NCBI GenBank assembly: GCA_046542505.1 | Contig: JBKHBH010000005.1 | Span: 1-52,764 of the forward strand | DNA length: 52,764 nt | Source: Thermovirgaceae bacterium | GTDB lineage: Bacteria; Synergistota; Synergistia; Synergistales; Thermovirgaceae | Direction of reading: 5' to 3' | In this document: positions 34,596-44,273 of the stretch, piece by piece | Layout: each line of letters begins with the position of its first letter | Numbering within the stretch: the stretch's first letter is position 1 | Notes under the pieces: model-generated | Database searches by the model: none | Told to the model about the DNA's origin: nothing | Seen by the model: only the letters and a program-made list of their open reading frames with translations | Made by a program: the position numbers and the translations under genes

Positions 34596-35708
34596 ATGCT
34601 CCGACCGACGCGGATGGAAGTCAGCCTGACGAATTTGAAGCGAAATATATCCAGGATACAGGAGTTTATCAGCCCGAATGCGCACATGATGGCAGTGGTC
34701 AAGGCTGACGGGTATGGCATGGGCATGGAGCGTGTCGCTAAAGCCTGTCTCGAGGCCGGGTGCACGCGTCTTGCCGTTGCGACCCCTGACGAGGCGATCA
34801 TCTTGCGGGATGCCGGAATATCCGTCCCGGTTCTTGTCATGGGACCTTCCGCGAAAGAAACGGCAAAAGAATTTGTTGAACGGAATATTACGCCCACCGT
34901 GACTGATCTTGCCTTTGCGGAAGCGCTTGGCAAGGCTGCAGCCCAGGCCGGAAAGGTCGGACGATTCCACCTGAAGATCGACACAGGCATGGGAAGAATC
35001 GGTTTTTTGCCTTCAGAAGTTCCCGGTGCCGTAGAAAAACTCCTGCAGTTCCCCGGTTTGGAAATGGAAGGCGTTTTTACCCATTTCGCTACGGCGGACG
35101 AAAGAAACCTCGAGTACACGAGAACGCAATTTCGGCGATTCGGCGAAGTGCTCGCATTGCTCAGAACGAAAAGTGTGAGATTTAGACTGCGTCATTGCTG
35201 CAACAGTGCGGCGACGGTAAACTGTCCCGACATGCATCTTGACGCTGTTCGCCCGGGGCTTGTCATGTATGGGATGTGGCCTTCCCGGTGGTGTGAGCGT
35301 CCCTTTGAACTAAAAGCAGTTTTCAGGGTCGTCACACATATAGCTGCCTTGAGGGAATTGCCCCAAGGAAGCGGAATCAGTTACGGCCTGAAATATATGA
35401 CCCGGGGGAACGAGCGGGTTGCAGTCCTTCCCATAGGGTATCATGATGGATATACTCGTCTGCTCTCGATGAAAGCCGATGTCCTCGTCAGGGGGAAAAG
35501 AGCCCCCGTGATAGGGAGTATCTGCATGGACCAGACCATGGTGGATGTGACGCACATACCTGAGGCGTGTGTCGGAGACGAGGTTGTGCTCGTTGGAGGA
35601 CAGGAATCGGAAACAATTGTGCCCGAGGAAATAGCGGGCATTCTTGGAACGATAAATTATGAGGTGCCAAACTTGTTTACCAAAAGAGTGGACCGGTTTT
35701 ATGAATAA
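34596..35708 (+). CDS. alr: Alanine racemase
   Basis: AVVKADGYGMG (PLP Lys), KIDTGMGRIG, FTHFATAD, NSAA, VRPGL.MYG, ISYG, GSICMDQ, GTINYE. Confidence 0.95.
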   Translation: MLRPTRMEVSLTNLKRNISRIQEFISPNAHMMAVVKADGYGMGMERVAKACLEAGCTRLAVATPDEAIILRDAGISVPVLVMGPSAKETAKEFVERNITPTVTDLAFAEALGKAAAQAGKVGRFHLKIDTGMGRIGFLPSEVPGAVEKLLQFPGLEMEGVFTHFATADERNLEYTRTQFRRFGEVLALLRTKSVRFRLRHCCNSAATVNCPDMHLDAVRPGLVMYGMWPSRWCERPFELKAVFRVVTHIAALRELPQGSGISYGLKYMTRGNERVAVLPIGYHDGYTRLLSMKADVLVRGKRAPVIGSICMDQTMVDVTHIPEACVGDEVVLVGGQESETIVPEEIAGILGTINYEVPNLFTKRVDRFYE

Positions 35709-35827
35709 TCCGGGTTTTCCGGGACGTCGAATCTGTGTAGCGAAGAGCCTGTATGAGGTGTTTTTTGCAAAGAAATTGTGAAATTAAACGCTAGCAAATT
35801 ACTAACCATTAGGAGGGAAATATATTC

Positions 35828-36943
35828 ATGAAAATAGGATGCCCGAAAGAAGTCAAGAACCACGAGTATCGTGTCGGATTGGTTCCAGCGGCCGTCCAGG
35901 CGTATACGAAAGCCGGCCATGAAGTATTTGTCGAGAAAGGCGCAGGTCTGGGCTCGGGTATTACCGATGAAGAATACGCATCAGCCGGGGCGAAACTGCT
36001 CGATACGGCAAAAGAAGTCTGGGAAAGCGCGGATATGATCGTAAAGGTGAAAGAGCCGCTGCCACAGGAGTATGACCATATGAAGGAGAACCAGCTCATT
36101 TACACGTATTTTCATTTTGCGGCAGATGAGAAACTCACCAAGGCCTGTATGGATAAGAAGGTCATTGCTCTTGCTTACGAGACGGTAACTGAGTCCAATG
36201 GTTCACTTCCGCTCCTCAAGCCGATGAGCGAAATCGCCGGGCGCATGTCCACACTGATGGGTGCCTATTTTCTTGCGAAGCCAAACGGGGGACAGGGACT
36301 TCTGCCGACAGGCGTTCCAGGCGTGGCTCCGGCGAACGTCGTGGTCGTCGGGGGCGGTGTCGTTGGTGCAAACGCCGCAAAGGTCGCAGCCGGGCTTGGA
36401 TGCAAGGTATCAATTTTTGACATCAACCCTGACAGGCTTGAATATCTCGAATCCATCATGCCGGCAAACGTATTCCCGATCTACAGCAATCCCATCGTCC
36501 TCGAAGCGGCGTATCGCGAGGCCGATATCCTCGTCGGAGCCGTTCTGATACCTGGAGCGAAGGCGCCCAAGCTTATCAAAAGAGAGCATCTGAAGATAAT
36601 GAAACCCGGATCGGTCATCGTCGATGTTGCCATCGACCAGGGAGGATGTGCCGAGACATCGAAGGCAACGACCCATAGCGACCCTGTTTTTGTAGTCGAC
36701 GGCGTCATCCATTATTGCGTTGCCAACATGCCCGGAGCCTTTTCGCGGACGGCGACCCTTGCCTTGAACAATTACACCCTGCCTTATGGCCTCCAGCTCG
36801 CGAACAAGGGCGTGGAACAGGCGTGCAAGGAAAATGTGGCCATCCTCAAGGGACTCAACATGTACAAGGGCAAAGTGACATTCAAGGGCGTTTCCGAAGC
36901 TTTTAACCTGACCTATACGCCGCCCGAGGAAGCTATTGCCTGA
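35828..36943 (+). CDS. ald: Alanine dehydrogenase
   Basis: IG.PKEVKNHEYRVG, VKVKEP, LLKPMSEIAGR, GGGVVG, DVAIDQGG, HYCVANMPGA. Confidence 0.96.
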   Translation: MKIGCPKEVKNHEYRVGLVPAAVQAYTKAGHEVFVEKGAGLGSGITDEEYASAGAKLLDTAKEVWESADMIVKVKEPLPQEYDHMKENQLIYTYFHFAADEKLTKACMDKKVIALAYETVTESNGSLPLLKPMSEIAGRMSTLMGAYFLAKPNGGQGLLPTGVPGVAPANVVVVGGGVVGANAAKVAAGLGCKVSIFDINPDRLEYLESIMPANVFPIYSNPIVLEAAYREADILVGAVLIPGAKAPKLIKREHLKIMKPGSVIVDVAIDQGGCAETSKATTHSDPVFVVDGVIHYCVANMPGAFSRTATLALNNYTLPYGLQLANKGVEQACKENVAILKGLNMYKGKVTFKGVSEAFNLTYTPPEEAIA

Positions 36944-36961
36944 GGCTGGATGAAGCAGCAC

Positions 36962-36993
36962 AGCGGCGGCTCCAAAGAGCCGCCGTTTTTTTT
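36962..36993 (+). terminator. Intrinsic terminator after ald
   Basis: CGGCGGCTC-CAAA-GAGCCGCCG followed by a T8 run. Confidence 0.9.
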
Positions 36994-37074
36994 GTTCGCC
37001 TTCAGGGGTATAATCCTGTAACTGAACGGGTCAAGGGAATGCAGAATGTTTCCCGCCGGAAGGAGTGTCCATTC

Positions 37075-39021
37075 TTGAAGACATTGAAATCGGCACTGGA
37101 AGGCTTCCCTGAAGCGGCTCTGGAGCCTGGACTTGTTGACAAACTGCACGAGGCGGCAAGGCTTTGCAGGATCAGGGCTGTGACAATGACGACAGTAGCA
37201 GGCAGCGGTCATCCGGCCGGGTCGCTTTCGAGCATGGAGATATGCTTGCTGACTCATGGTGTGGCGAGAATCCGGGGCGAAACAGAAACAACTGATACCA
37301 TTGACAAGGTCGTGGTGAGTCACGGCCATGTCTCCCCGGCGGTTTATTCGGTCCTTGCCTGCTATGGGCTTGTGCCCGAAGAGGACAGTCTTGCCTTTTT
37401 CAGAAAAGCCGGGAGCCCCTATCAGGGGCATGTGGTTCGCCAACTGCCGGGGGTCTTCTGGTCGACGGGCAATCTCGGCCAGGGGCTTGCTGCGGGGGTC
37501 GGTTTCGCCATCGCCAAAAAGGCCCGAAACGAAAAGGGCCGCGTATACGTCCTGATGGGGGACGGAGAACAGGTCAAGGGGCAGGTCGCTGAAGCCAGGC
37601 GTATCGCAAGACATTACGGTCTTTCGAACATTACTGTTCTTGTGGACCTCAACCATATCCAGATTTCGGGTCGAACAGAAAACATCATGACCGCCGATGT
37701 CAAAAGCCTCTGGGAAGCGGACGGATGGGATGTAGAAGAAATCGACGGCCATGACCTTTTTTCTCTTTATGATGCGCTTCAAAGAGCCGGACTTTCGAAA
37801 ACACCTCAGGTTCTTTTGTGCCGGACTGTCATGGGAAAGGGGGTTTCCTTCATGGAAGACCTTCCCGATTATCATGGCAAGGTTCCAACAGATGAGGATT
37901 ATGAAAGGGCCATATTGGAGCTGGGCGGAGACCCTGGGGTCCTTGGCATGTACCGAAAGAAACGGGCTGCATCTTTAATTCCCGAAAATGACTTCGAGGC
38001 GAAGACTCCCCCGGTGAGTCTGGACGGGGGAACGCCGAGGGACTATAGCCCGAAAGAATTGACTGACTGTCGTTCAGCCTTCGGTAAAGCCCTGGCCGAC
38101 GTAGGTGAAGCGAATTACGGGAAGAAAGGGAAAGGCCCTTTGCTTGTTTTCGACTGCGATCTTGCGGGTTCCGTCAAGGTTTCGGAGTTCGCGAAAAAAT
38201 GCCCGGAATGGTTCTATGAAACGGGAATACAGGAACATGCCACGGCCACGGCGGCAGGAGCGGCCTCCATCACCGGCTGCGCCAGCTTGTGGGCCGATTT
38301 CGGTGTCTTCGGCATTTCGGAGGTTTACAACCAGCAAAGACTCAATGACATCAATGAAACGAATCTCAAACTGGTCCTGACACACGTCGGCCTGGATGTT
38401 GGAGAGGACGGAGAAACCCACCAATGCATCGACTACATCGGGCTTTTGCGAAATCTCTTCGGCTGGAAGCTCCTTGTCCCCGCCGATCCGAACCAGGCCG
38501 ACAGAATGACTCGTTACGCCGTCACGTCACCGGGTAATATCTGTGTTGCCATGGGAAGAAGCAAAGTGCCCGTGATAACGACGGAAGAGGAAGAGCCGTT
38601 TTTTGCCGGCGATTACGAGTTCCGCTACGGGAAGGCTGATCTCCTCAGAAACGGCGGGGACCTGTCCATCCTGTGCAGCGGACACATGGCTTACAGAGCT
38701 GTGGCCGCTTGGGAAAAGCTTCGGGATCAGGGAATTACCGCCAAGGTCTATCACGTGGGCTGTCCACTGTCGATGGACGAAAATGCACTGACCGATGCGG
38801 CGGCGACGGGAAGGATCATTACCTACGAAGATCACAACAGGGAATCCGGTCTTGCTTGTCAGGTGAGCGTGACTCTCGCAGAAAAGGGTCTTTCCGCAAG
38901 GTTGCTCCGGATGGGGGTGCACCGTTATGGTGACTCCGGGAAATCCACCGAGGTCATCGAAAGAATGGGCCTTTCGGCGGAAGATCTTGTTCATGCCGCC
39001 GTCAACATGCTAAAAGGCTGA
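37075..39021 (+). CDS. tkt: Transketolase (single chain)
   Basis: SGHPAGSLS, SHGH, YQGH, STGNLGQG, ThDP motif GDGE...N, GIQEH, GEDGETHQ, ITYEDH. TTG 37075 (AGGAG RBS) or ATG 37039. Confidence 0.85.
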   Translation: MKTLKSALEGFPEAALEPGLVDKLHEAARLCRIRAVTMTTVAGSGHPAGSLSSMEICLLTHGVARIRGETETTDTIDKVVVSHGHVSPAVYSVLACYGLVPEEDSLAFFRKAGSPYQGHVVRQLPGVFWSTGNLGQGLAAGVGFAIAKKARNEKGRVYVLMGDGEQVKGQVAEARRIARHYGLSNITVLVDLNHIQISGRTENIMTADVKSLWEADGWDVEEIDGHDLFSLYDALQRAGLSKTPQVLLCRTVMGKGVSFMEDLPDYHGKVPTDEDYERAILELGGDPGVLGMYRKKRAASLIPENDFEAKTPPVSLDGGTPRDYSPKELTDCRSAFGKALADVGEANYGKKGKGPLLVFDCDLAGSVKVSEFAKKCPEWFYETGIQEHATATAAGAASITGCASLWADFGVFGISEVYNQQRLNDINETNLKLVLTHVGLDVGEDGETHQCIDYIGLLRNLFGWKLLVPADPNQADRMTRYAVTSPGNICVAMGRSKVPVITTEEEEPFFAGDYEFRYGKADLLRNGGDLSILCSGHMAYRAVAAWEKLRDQGITAKVYHVGCPLSMDENALTDAAATGRIITYEDHNRESGLACQVSVTLAEKGLSARLLRMGVHRYGDSGKSTEVIERMGLSAEDLVHAAVNMLKG

Positions 39022-39050
39022 AAATCGATTTTTGTCATGGAGGTTTTTCG

Positions 39051-39671
39051 ATGACGGTACTATCCGTGGGTGGACCGGTCATATGGGGGATCCTAGGCCT
39101 TTCTGTGCTCGCAGCCGCGATAGTTTTCGAGAGACTCTGGTTTTACCGTTCTGCATCGACGGATCCGGAGAAACTTGAACTTGCACTTGGCAAACATCTC
39201 TATCACGGCGAAAAAGAAGAGGCCATGGATCTTGTGAACGAGAAGGAAAGTTCCCTCCACCGCGTCTTCAGGGTTGCCATCATGCATTGGGGCGCGGACT
39301 CGGAAGCGCTGAAAAGCCTTGCTGAACAGGAGGTGCGTCGGGAACTGTTCAGATGGGAGCGCGGACTGGGTTTTCTTTCGGTCATAGCGAGAGTTGCACC
39401 GCTTCTCGGGCTTCTCGGAACGGTTCTCGGCATGATAGATGTCTTCAGAAACCTTCCCGCCATGAGCGGAGCGAACATGCACGTCATGGCCGAGGGGATT
39501 TGGAAGGCGTTGCTGACTACGGTTGCGGGACTTACCCTTGCCGTTCCGGTGATTCTTTGTCATGCCTACTTGATGAGCAGGGTCGAGCGGAACGAGGAAG
39601 CCTTGTGGAGAGGGGTTGATTTTCTCCTCAGGGAAAAAATGCTCGGCAGCGACAGGACCATAAGGTCATGA
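39051..39671 (+). CDS. exbB: MotA/TolQ/ExbB proton channel protein
   Basis: APLLGLLGTVLGMI..F and GIWKALLTTVAGL..A.P. Confidence 0.9.
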   Translation: MTVLSVGGPVIWGILGLSVLAAAIVFERLWFYRSASTDPEKLELALGKHLYHGEKEEAMDLVNEKESSLHRVFRVAIMHWGADSEALKSLAEQEVRRELFRWERGLGFLSVIARVAPLLGLLGTVLGMIDVFRNLPAMSGANMHVMAEGIWKALLTTVAGLTLAVPVILCHAYLMSRVERNEEALWRGVDFLLREKMLGSDRTIRS

Positions 39672-40585
39672 GAAAACTTTTTCCAGGAAGAGTGTTTTTT
39701 CCAATTGTCTTGGGCTGCCTTTGCCTGTTTTTGTTCGCTGAGGGCGCAATTGAGGGGCAAGAATCCAGTGCTCGCAGGATTGTCTCCCTTGCTCCCAGTG
39801 TCACAGAGTCACTCTTTGCAATTGGCGTCGGGAGTGATGTCGTCGGCGTAACCGATTATGACCTGTTCCCTGAAGAGGTCACGGGGCTCCCGAAAGTCGG
39901 CGGTTTTTATGATCCCTCTCTTGAAAAGATACTGGCTCTTGAGCCCGACCTCGTCGTAGGTGTCTCGACCTTCCATTCGGAGCTTCTGGCTCGTCTTGAG
40001 AGCCTGGGAATCCCGGTGCTTGGCCTGGTTGTTCACCGGCGTTTCAATGATATCCGCCTTGCTCTGGACCGCCTGGAAGAAGAGCTCGACACGCCCGGCG
40101 CTGCATCGGAAGCCTGGCGGAGTATTGTCGATGAACTGTCGGTAGTGAAAAAGAAAGTGAACCGCCTGTTCGGCGATGAGCCGCCTTCAGTAATGGTTGT
40201 TGTCTGGCACGATCCCCTGACAATTGCAGGAGGGCATAATTACATCGACGATATAATGGACGAGATCGGTCTTCCCAATGCTGCAGGCGACATCCGCTAC
40301 ACCTTTCCCGTGATCGACCGGGAAGGCCTCCTTGTGAGGGACCCCGATGTTCTCGTCGTTGCTTCTGCGTCGACGGGCATGACCTTTTCGGAAGAGGATC
40401 TCAGGTCCGTGCTGGAGGGTCTGCCAGTCAAGGCGGTGGAAACGGGACGTATTGTCACAGTGTCGGCGGATTCACTGTTTCACCCGGGACCGAGAGCGCC
40501 AAGAGCCGCCGATGAACTTGTTGACGCAATAATAAAGGTGACTGGAGGTGGCGCGAACGCCGATGAAAAAACGCTATACGACTGA
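39668..40585 (+). CDS. Helical-backbone substrate-binding protein, BtuF/cobalamin-siderophore type
   Basis: Signal peptide, RIVSLAPSVTESLFAIG, VGVTDYD.FP, PSLEKILALEPDLV, PGPR. Confidence 0.85.
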   Translation: MRKLFPGRVFFPIVLGCLCLFLFAEGAIEGQESSARRIVSLAPSVTESLFAIGVGSDVVGVTDYDLFPEEVTGLPKVGGFYDPSLEKILALEPDLVVGVSTFHSELLARLESLGIPVLGLVVHRRFNDIRLALDRLEEELDTPGAASEAWRSIVDELSVVKKKVNRLFGDEPPSVMVVVWHDPLTIAGGHNYIDDIMDEIGLPNAAGDIRYTFPVIDREGLLVRDPDVLVVASASTGMTFSEEDLRSVLEGLPVKAVETGRIVTVSADSLFHPGPRAPRAADELVDAIIKVTGGGANADEKTLYD

Positions 40586-40943
40586 TATAGAACTTACGCC
40601 ATTGATCGATGTTCTTTTCATGCTCATTGTCTTTTTTGTGCTTACCACATCATTTGCCGCATCGAGCATTTCTGTGGATCTGCCCTCGGGAACCGGTGGC
40701 CCTGTCGAGGGTGCGGTTCGTGTCATCACGGTGACGAGGCAGGGTGAGGTGTTTTACGAAGAAAAACGCGTGACACCGTCAAAAGTGGCAGCCATTCTCG
40801 CGGAAGAAGCAAAGGAAAAAAGAATTCTCATTCGGTCTGACAGGGAAGCGGCTTACGGGAACATTGTCGAGGTACTTGATGCACTCGGCAAGGCGGGCCT
40901 GACGAACATTGATCTTGCCGTGGAGGATGTTTCCGTTCCGTGA
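40563..40943 (+). CDS. exbD: Biopolymer transporter ExbD/TolR
   Basis: IELTPLIDVLFMLIVFFVLT, VDLP, IRSD..AAYG.IV.VLD. Alternative GTG start at 40548. Confidence 0.9.
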   Translation: MKKRYTTDIELTPLIDVLFMLIVFFVLTTSFAASSISVDLPSGTGGPVEGAVRVITVTRQGEVFYEEKRVTPSKVAAILAEEAKEKRILIRSDREAAYGNIVEVLDALGKAGLTNIDLAVEDVSVP

Positions 40944-41830
40944 GTAGGCTGCGAGTTTTCGTCGTTTTGAGCCTTTTGATTCATGTTGCGATTTTGGGCC
41001 TCCTGGGCAGGGTTTCCCTACGGGTTCCCGAAACAGAAGGATCCGTACCGGTGCGTGTCAGGCTTGTTTCCTCAGGTGAAAGCAATGTTCAGGAACGGAA
41101 AAGCAACGTAAAGGAAAGGGATGAGATGCCTCCAAAGAGAGAAGGACAAAAGGAAAAAACTCCAAAAAATGAGAAAAAACCGGAGAACCCTGAAGCGGCA
41201 AAACCTGAAAACAGGGAAGATGCAGCAGCCATGGAAATGATGCCAGGGGAAAATGAAAAAAAGGTCTTACATCAAAAGGATTCCATGGAATCCGCAGAAC
41301 CTGTGCAGCCCCAGGAGCCGGTAGTTCCCAAGGCGGAAACTGAAGGCGACAAAAGGGAAAAACGAAACCTCTCCGAAAAAGGCAAAACCGCGCCGGATGC
41401 CGGGCAAACTCCTGACCAAGACGCCGTACAGGAACATAGAGAAAGTGAGATAAAAGAAGGCGGAGAGGAACAAGACTCCCAGAATGGTGAGAAGAAGGCA
41501 GCTGAAAAGGAAAAAAGCGATGATGCCGCAGAAAGTGACGAGGGAGGCCAGAACCGGAGTTTTTCGACTCCTCCCGTAATCACGGAAGAAATGGTCGCAA
41601 AGAAAGTCATGCCGGTGTATCCGCTGGTTGCAAGAAGGCGTGGTGAAGAAGGACGGGTTCTCCTGCGGGTTACTCTTGAAGACTCGGGGACGGTAAAAAA
41701 GATTTTGGTAGAAGAATCCAGCGGATTCGATGACCTCGACAAGGTAGCACTTCAGGCCGTCGCGCGCTGGCTTTTCAGCCCGGAGGCGCCATCTACAGTG
41801 CTTGTGCCGGTCACGTTCAGACTGCAATGA
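40940..41830 (+). CDS. tonB: Energy transducer TonB
   Basis: N-terminal SLLIH TM anchor, charged/Pro low-complexity linker, C-terminal PVYP..ARRRGEEGRV...V...G.V....V..SSG...LD..A...V.RW.F.P. Confidence 0.88.
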   Translation: MSRLRVFVVLSLLIHVAILGLLGRVSLRVPETEGSVPVRVRLVSSGESNVQERKSNVKERDEMPPKREGQKEKTPKNEKKPENPEAAKPENREDAAAMEMMPGENEKKVLHQKDSMESAEPVQPQEPVVPKAETEGDKREKRNLSEKGKTAPDAGQTPDQDAVQEHRESEIKEGGEEQDSQNGEKKAAEKEKSDDAAESDEGGQNRSFSTPPVITEEMVAKKVMPVYPLVARRRGEEGRVLLRVTLEDSGTVKKILVEESSGFDDLDKVALQAVARWLFSPEAPSTVLVPVTFRLQ

Positions 41831-42080
41831 GATGTGTTCACAAGGGAAGCCTCGACACTCGCTCCGATGTGAAGGCGTCGGCTTCTGTTCTGCCCGGGTT
41901 CATTCGTGTACAATACAATCAATGGTTTTTTCAAGCTGAATACCTGAAAGCATCACAAAAAACAGCGTTGCCGTCGCACGCAACGGGCATGGCGCAAGAA
42001 TTTCACTAAGGCGTGGATTTTCTTGATCTCCTGTTCCTGACTCATGAGGTCGGGAGGAATCCAAAGGCAGGGAGTAACAG

Positions 42081-44228
42081 ATGAAAATCCGAAGAATATT
42101 CGCCGTACTTATAATTTTTCTCGTTACTATGATCATTGGCCATCTTGTGTTGAACTCTGTTGTTGAGATTAGGCGACAGCTTTCGGAGCTGGACCGTACC
42201 ACTACTACCGCCTTTACCCTGGTGAACCTGGAAATACAAAGGGAACTTGCACGACTGGAACAATCCCTGCCGCTGATGTTGCGCCCTGATTATGAACCCC
42301 AGGATGAGACGGTTTTCGATGTCCGCTTTGTCGCTACAGAAGGAAAGGCAGGGTTGGGAAGTGTTTTCGGCGAGCCGCCCTCTGTGGAGGCAATAAAGAA
42401 CTTGCAGGATGAATGGAAACCGCTTGCGGCGGGACAGTCAGAGACAGAAAGCGTTATAGCAAAACGAATCGCATCAGGAAAGGAAATGTACATTCTCGGT
42501 GTCGAACCCCATTTTTCTTGGTTGCTTGATCGCATGCCCACGGGGCTTGAAGCCAACCTGGCTCTGACGGGTTCGAAGGGCGAAATGCTGTGGGAGAGCC
42601 ACAACGCCTTTGGGGCCGGGCGCCCAGAAGAAAGTGCTTCCGAGTTTGCAGCAAGCTCTTCGGGATGGTTTGTCACGCCTTCTGGCAAGACGTATTGGGG
42701 TAAAGGCACTCCGGTTGCTTTCGGTCAGTTCAGGCTGTACATTCTGTATCCCCTGAGGAGGATCCTTTGGCTGCTTTTCTCGCGCCTTTCGATAACGGCG
42801 GCAATCGAGCTCTTTTTCATTGTTGTGGTAGGTACCGTTGCGCTTTTTGTGGCCAGATACGTTCTGGATCCCATGGACAGGGTAAGCCGACTTGCGCTCA
42901 AGATGCAGGACAGGCTTTTCCGGTCGACCACTTCCCGGGATCTGGCGGCAACGGTATCTCATGTTGCCGGAGGAATCAGGGAAATCAATTCGAGCAGCAG
43001 GGTAAAGGAAGTCAGGGTTTTTTGCCAGACCCTTTCAAGCGCACTCCAGAGCTATGTCTTCCAGCAGGAGAAGCTCGCAGCTGGCAGCGAGGAGCTCGCA
43101 TCCCTGAACAAGTCTCTTTCCCAGGCGAATGAGGCCCTTATCTCACGGGACCGTATATGGAGAAGGATTCTCGATGTCTCCAAAACGGTCACAATGGGTT
43201 CGGGATTCCAGCGAGGGCTCATTCTCATTGCAGAGGGGTTGCGCGATGTTTCAGGCGCTTACGGAGTCCTTATCGGGAAACGTGATCAGGAAGAAATTCA
43301 TGTCCTCGCTGGAAGCGGATTCGGGAGTGTTTTCACAGGCGTGAAAATGCCCATGGCCTCGGCAATTTTCGGGGATGAGGTTTGCCCTGAAAGTCCTGTC
43401 TGGCTGGAAAACGTTCACGCCAAGGGCAATTCACTTCCCCTCGATCCGGATATTCGGACCCAGGTGACGATTCCTATGGTTCACATGGGGAAAGTCGTGG
43501 GGAATCTGACAATCGGGTGGCGCACCCGACGCCCGGAAGACAGGGAACTGCTTGATCTTCTCGTTCCGATAGCCTCACATATAGGTGGAATGCTCAACAC
43601 CCAGACCGCTTTGCAGGAGTTGCGAAATTCCTACCAGTACCTTACGGAAAGAATGCAGAACCTGACGGCCATTTATCATGACGAAACAGCGGACCACCTT
43701 GAGCGAATGGAGCAATATTGCCGTTTTCTCGGAACAACGATGGGATTGTCTGGATCACAGGTAGATGATATTGCACTTTTTTCACGGCTGCATGACATCG
43801 GAAAGCTGAGGGTCCCCGTGGAAATCCTTTCTAAACCCACCACCCTTGAGAGCTGGGAATTCGAAACGGTCAAGCGGCACACCCTTTGGGGAGCGGAAAT
43901 AATAGGTGACGCGAGGTGGCTTGATATCGGCAGGAAAATCTGCCTCTACCATCACGAGAAATGGGACGGGTCGGGTTACCCTTATGGCATTGCAGGAGAG
44001 GACATTCCTCTTGAAGCCCGGATCGTGGCGGTGGCGGACACCTACGATGCCCTTCGTATGCAACGTTCCTACAAGGATGCCTTTTCACATGAAGCTGCCT
44101 GCAATATCATCCTGGATGGCGACGGAAGGGTCATGCCGGATCATTTCGATCCCGAGATCATCGATATTTTTGCCCGCAACGAAGACAGGATGCAGGAAAT
44201 TTTCGAATCCTCCCTGCAGGTTTCGTGA
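42081..44228 (+). CDS. Membrane-bound sensor with GAF-like and HD-GYP (c-di-GMP phosphodiesterase) domains
   Basis: Two TM segments around an extracytoplasmic region; ET.DH..R, LHDIGK, HHEKWDGSGYPYG, ARIVAVADTYDAL...R.YK, HFDP. Confidence 0.9.
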   Translation: MKIRRIFAVLIIFLVTMIIGHLVLNSVVEIRRQLSELDRTTTTAFTLVNLEIQRELARLEQSLPLMLRPDYEPQDETVFDVRFVATEGKAGLGSVFGEPPSVEAIKNLQDEWKPLAAGQSETESVIAKRIASGKEMYILGVEPHFSWLLDRMPTGLEANLALTGSKGEMLWESHNAFGAGRPEESASEFAASSSGWFVTPSGKTYWGKGTPVAFGQFRLYILYPLRRILWLLFSRLSITAAIELFFIVVVGTVALFVARYVLDPMDRVSRLALKMQDRLFRSTTSRDLAATVSHVAGGIREINSSSRVKEVRVFCQTLSSALQSYVFQQEKLAAGSEELASLNKSLSQANEALISRDRIWRRILDVSKTVTMGSGFQRGLILIAEGLRDVSGAYGVLIGKRDQEEIHVLAGSGFGSVFTGVKMPMASAIFGDEVCPESPVWLENVHAKGNSLPLDPDIRTQVTIPMVHMGKVVGNLTIGWRTRRPEDRELLDLLVPIASHIGGMLNTQTALQELRNSYQYLTERMQNLTAIYHDETADHLERMEQYCRFLGTTMGLSGSQVDDIALFSRLHDIGKLRVPVEILSKPTTLESWEFETVKRHTLWGAEIIGDARWLDIGRKICLYHHEKWDGSGYPYGIAGEDIPLEARIVAVADTYDALRMQRSYKDAFSHEAACNIILDGDGRVMPDHFDPEIIDIFARNEDRMQEIFESSLQVS

Positions 44229-44273
44229 TTTTGGCCTGTCAAAAACCTTTCCCCGCTGACAGGAGTGATGCGC

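Noticed and set aside
41080..41560. Low-complexity A/G-rich stretch resembling a repeat
   Set aside because: Encodes the normal charged linker of TonB; no discrete repeat unit.
41831..42080. Possible cobalamin or c-di-GMP riboswitch, or sigma54 promoter, in this intergenic region
   Set aside because: No B12 box or GEMM core recognised; TGGCGC-N5-TTTC lacks the essential -12 GC.
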